Shown: one piece after another, positions 60,904 through 64,000 of the stretch
How positions within the stretch are numbered: position 1 is the stretch's first letter
Layout of the letters: every line of letters begins with the position of its first letter
Notes under the pieces: generated by a model
Databases searched by the model: none
Told to the model about the DNA's origin: nothing
Seen by the model: only the letters and a program-made list of their open reading frames with translations
Translations under genes and position numbers: made by a program
NCBI GenBank assembly: GCA_965237415.1
Contig: CBDEFM010000002.1
Coordinates: forward strand, 1,376,001-1,440,000
Origin: Alphaproteobacteria bacterium
GTDB taxonomy: Bacteria > Pseudomonadota > Alphaproteobacteria > UBA828
Length of the DNA stretch: 64,000 bases
Direction of reading: 5' to 3'

Positions 60904-62309
60904 GCCGCGCGACCGGCGATGGCGCCAGCAAAACGCCGCGCACCCTGTTCGGGACCGACGGCATTCGCGGCGTCGCGAACCAGGAGCCGATGACCGCCGA
61001 AACCGTGATGAAGGTCGGCGCGGCCGCAGGCAGCATCTTCGTGCGCGGCGACCACCGGCACCGCGTCGTCATCGGCAAGGATACGCGGCTGTCTGGCTAC
61101 GTGTTCGAGCCGGCGCTGACGGCGGGCTTCGTCTCGATGGGCATGGACGTGATCCTGGTGGGTCCCATGCCGACGCCGGCGGTGGCGATGCTGACCTGCG
61201 CGCTCCGAGCCGATCTCGGCGTGATGATCTCCGCCTCCCACAACATGTTTGCCGACAACGGCATCAAGCTGTTCGGGCCGGACGGCTACAAGCTCTCAGA
61301 CGAGACTGAGGCGCGAATCGAAGTCGCAGTGGACTCGGGCGTGAACGGACTGGCGGCGCCGGACGCGCTCGGGCGGGCGCGGCGCCTCGACGACGCCGAG
61401 GGCCGCTACATCGAGTTCGTCAAGAACAGCTTTCCGCAGCCGCTCGGGCTCGAGGGGACCCGCATCGTGATCGACTGCGCTCACGGCGCCGCCTACAAGG
61501 TGGCACCCACGGTGCTGTGGGAACTCGGCGCCGAAGTCATCACGATCGGTGCGGAGCCCGATGGGTTCAACATCAACCGAGGCTGCGGCTCGACCGATGT
61601 GGCGGCGCTTGCAGAGACGGTGGTGGAGCGCGGCGCCGATATCGGGATCGCTCTCGACGGCGATGCCGACCGCGTCGTGATCTGCGACGAGAACGGCGCG
61701 GTCATCGACGGCGATCACATCATGGCGCTGATCGCGTCCAGCTGGGCCGCCACGGGGCGGCTCAAGGGCGGCGGCGTGGTCGCGACCGTCATGTCCAATC
61801 TCGGCCTGGAACGTTATCTCGATGGGATCGGCCTCGCCCTGGAGCGCACCCGGGTCGGCGACCGCTACGTCGTCGAGCATATGCGGAAGCACGGGTTCAA
61901 CCTGGGTGGCGAGCAATCGGGCCACATCGTCATGAGCGACTACGCGACGACCGGCGACGGCCTGATCGCCGCACTCCAGACCATGGCGGCGCTCGCGGCG
62001 ACGGGGCGCCGGGCGAGCGACGTGACCGGCTTGTTCGACCCCCTGCCCCAAGTGCTCCGCAACGTCCGTGTGGCGGGCACCGACGCGCTCCAGACCGCCG
62101 GGGCAAAAGCGGCGATTGCCGAAGGCCACGCGCGGCTGGGCGAGCGCGGCCGCCTGGTCATCCGCCGCTCCGGCACCGAGTCGGTGATCCGCGTCATGGC
62201 CGAAGGCGACGATGAGGCCCTGGTCTCGGCGGTGGTCGACGACATCGCGGCGGCGGTCGCGAAGGCGGCCAAAGCAACGAGCGAGCACACTGGCGCCGCA
62301 GCGCCATGA
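60900..62309 (+). CDS. glmM: Phosphoglucosamine mutase
   Basis: [27 protein letters not shown]. Confidence 0.96.
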   Translation: MSRATGDGASKTPRTLFGTDGIRGVANQEPMTAETVMKVGAAAGSIFVRGDHRHRVVIGKDTRLSGYVFEPALTAGFVSMGMDVILVGPMPTPAVAMLTCALRADLGVMISASHNMFADNGIKLFGPDGYKLSDETEARIEVAVDSGVNGLAAPDALGRARRLDDAEGRYIEFVKNSFPQPLGLEGTRIVIDCAHGAAYKVAPTVLWELGAEVITIGAEPDGFNINRGCGSTDVAALAETVVERGADIGIALDGDADRVVICDENGAVIDGDHIMALIASSWAATGRLKGGGVVATVMSNLGLERYLDGIGLALERTRVGDRYVVEHMRKHGFNLGGEQSGHIVMSDYATTGDGLIAALQTMAALAATGRRASDVTGLFDPLPQVLRNVRVAGTDALQTAGAKAAIAEGHARLGERGRLVIRRSGTESVIRVMAEGDDEALVSAVVDDIAAAVAKAAKATSEHTGAAAP

Positions 62310-63106
62310 AGGGCCGCGTGCTCATCGCCGCCGGCTCCGATTCGGGCGGCGGCGCCGGTATCCAGGCCGACATCAAGACCGTAACGGCGCTCGGAGGCTA
62401 TGCCGCGACCGCCGTCACCGCACTCACCGCCCAGGACACGCGCACGGTGCACCGCGTTCATGCCGTGCCGGCGGACTTCGTCGCCGAGCAGATGCGCGTG
62501 GTCCTCGCCGATATCGGTGCCGATTGCATCAAGACCGGCATGATTCACAGCGTGCCGATCATCGAGGCGATTGCCGAGACAGCGGCACGGTATGGCGCAG
62601 GCGTGCCGCTTGTGGTCGATCCCGTCCTCGTGGCCAAGGGCGGGGCTTCGCTGCTGGAACCTTCGGCCATGCGTGCACTCGCAACCAAGCTCATCGGCCA
62701 GGCCGATCTCGTGACCCCCAACGTTCCGGAAGCGGAGCGCTTGACCGGGCTGACCATTTCCACCGTCGACGACATGGCCTGCGCCGCCGAGCAGATTCAC
62801 CGGCTCGGCCCGCCGGCGGTTCTGGTGAAGGGCGGTCACCTGGACTCGGACGAGATCACCGACCTGCTGAGTCATCCCGGGGGAATCGAACGCTTCCACG
62901 CCCCCCGAATCGAGAGCCGTCACACCCACGGCACCGGCTGCACCCTGGCCTCGGCCATCGCCACCGGCATCGCGCAGGGAATGAGCCTTGTCGATGCCGT
63001 GGTGCGGGCGCGGCGGTACCTCAGGGCGGCGATCGAGGCGGCACCCGGCTATGGCGCGGGCCACGGGCCGGTCAATCACGGCGTGACGGTGACGCCCACG
63101 GTGTAG
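62306..63106 (+). CDS. thiD: Hydroxymethylpyrimidine/phosphomethylpyrimidine kinase
   Basis: [29 protein letters not shown]. Confidence 0.95.
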   Translation: MKGRVLIAAGSDSGGGAGIQADIKTVTALGGYAATAVTALTAQDTRTVHRVHAVPADFVAEQMRVVLADIGADCIKTGMIHSVPIIEAIAETAARYGAGVPLVVDPVLVAKGGASLLEPSAMRALATKLIGQADLVTPNVPEAERLTGLTISTVDDMACAAEQIHRLGPPAVLVKGGHLDSDEITDLLSHPGGIERFHAPRIESRHTHGTGCTLASAIATGIAQGMSLVDAVVRARRYLRAAIEAAPGYGAGHGPVNHGVTVTPTV

Positions 63107-63185
63107 GCGCGGCATTCGCCGGCAACGAGTATTCCGCTCGCCGGCCCGCCGTTGTCGTTCGACGCGATGCCGCGTGCGGTAGCGA

Positions 63186-63443
63186 TCACGTGGTGCCGTG
63201 CTTCTGAATCCAATCGCGAAGCGCCTCGTCGATTCGCGTCTGCCATCCTCGGCCGCCCGCCCTGAAGTGATCGATGACATCCGGTGAGAGACGGATTGTG
63301 GTTGATACCTTCGGCTTGGCCACCGGCGGCCGACCCCGGCGAACCGTCGCCTTGGCGAACTTCTCGGGCCAACCCTCCCCGGAAAGGTCCGGCGCGTCGT
63401 CGGGGTCAGAATCGCGGGCCGTAGAGTGCTCGTTCTCGTTCAT
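63186..63443 (-). CDS. BrnA antitoxin (DUF4415)
   Basis: DPDDAPDL, RGRPP...KVSTTIRLSPDVIDHFRAGGRGWQTRIDEAL. Confidence 0.92.
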   Translation of the reverse strand: MNENEHSTARDSDPDDAPDLSGEGWPEKFAKATVRRGRPPVAKPKVSTTIRLSPDVIDHFRAGGRGWQTRIDEALRDWIQKHGTT

Positions 63444-63675
63444 TGGCTTTCCTCATGCTGATGATCCGGTGCGCGCCATCGCGTGGTGTCCAGACCAGAA
63501 CTACCATCGCGCCGTCGAGGAACCCGATGGTGATGAAGCGATCCTCGCCGTAGCCTCGCCGGTCGTCCTCTACGGTCAGCGTGGCGCCCGCGAACACTTC
63601 CCCGGCCCGTGCCATGTCCAGGCCCCTGGCGCTGAGGGTGGCCGCGCGCTTCGCTGCGTCGAACTCGATCAGCAT
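63406..63675 (-). CDS. BrnT ribonuclease toxin (DUF497)
   Basis: EFDAAKR, DDRRGYGEDRFITIG, RIISMRKANERE. Confidence 0.92.
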   Translation of the reverse strand: MLIEFDAAKRAATLSARGLDMARAGEVFAGATLTVEDDRRGYGEDRFITIGFLDGAMVVLVWTPRDGAHRIISMRKANERERALYGPRF

Positions 63676-63862
63676 AATTTATGTTACTACATTTATCCAG
63701 CTCGATCCCATAGCCACCCGAGCGCGACGGTGTTCCCGATACGGCACGGGGATCGGCTCGAAAGCGCGCGTGAGGGTCGGTCTCGGGCGTCACGGACGGG
63801 CGCAACTATCGGGTGGCCGGGCGCCAGCACGCCCCATAAGGTGGCGGCTCGGGAGGGCCGCC

Positions 63863-64000
63863 ATGACATCCACAGTCTCGGACACCTCACAGAACGCGCG
63901 CGACTACGCCCGTATCGAAGCCGCGATCCTCTATCTGGAAGAACACTTCCGCGATCAACCGGAGCTGGGCGAGGTGGCGGAGGCGGCCGGCCTCGGCCCG
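63863..64000 (+). CDS. Ada-like AraC-HTH / O6-methylguanine methyltransferase, 3' truncated by window edge
   Basis: GGAGG RBS; DYARIEAAILYLEEHFRDQPELGEVAEAAGL. Confidence 0.7.
   Translation, partial: MTSTVSDTSQNARDYARIEAAILYLEEHFRDQPELGEVAEAAGLGP

Overview
This is a GC-rich chromosomal segment from an alphaproteobacterium; the gene order looks Rhodospirillales-like. The core backbone comprises sdhE-mfd, lgt-midA-pgeF, prs-rplY-pth-ychF, bioF-bioD, parC-recO and the long yebC-ruvCAB-ybgC-tolQRAB-pal-cpoB-tilS-ftsH-folP-glmM-thiD cluster. Accessory material includes three type II toxin-antitoxin modules, F420 genes (cofD, cofE, PPOX, LLM), a TPP-riboswitch-controlled ThiXYZ-type ABC transporter, dxr-hpnC-hpnD, a DUF1538/PII/CBS operon and several catabolic enzymes. 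I saw no rRNA, tRNA or CRISPR array. Three signals stand out. (1) A ~267-bp non-coding element occurs twice in opposite orientations (2007-2272, 11963-12230), with terminal inverted repeats and many compensatory base-pair changes. One copy splits the 5' end of hpnD and supplies a new in-frame ATG. (2) A solitary Mu-gp27/DUF3486 (small-terminase-like) gene is flanked by a multi-hairpin element, helically phased ATCCCACTTA repeats and a REP. (3) Smaller oddities are a probable ACG start for pth, a divergent SHMT paralog and a 26-aa coupled microprotein. All calls come from motif recognition by eye; no database searches were run.
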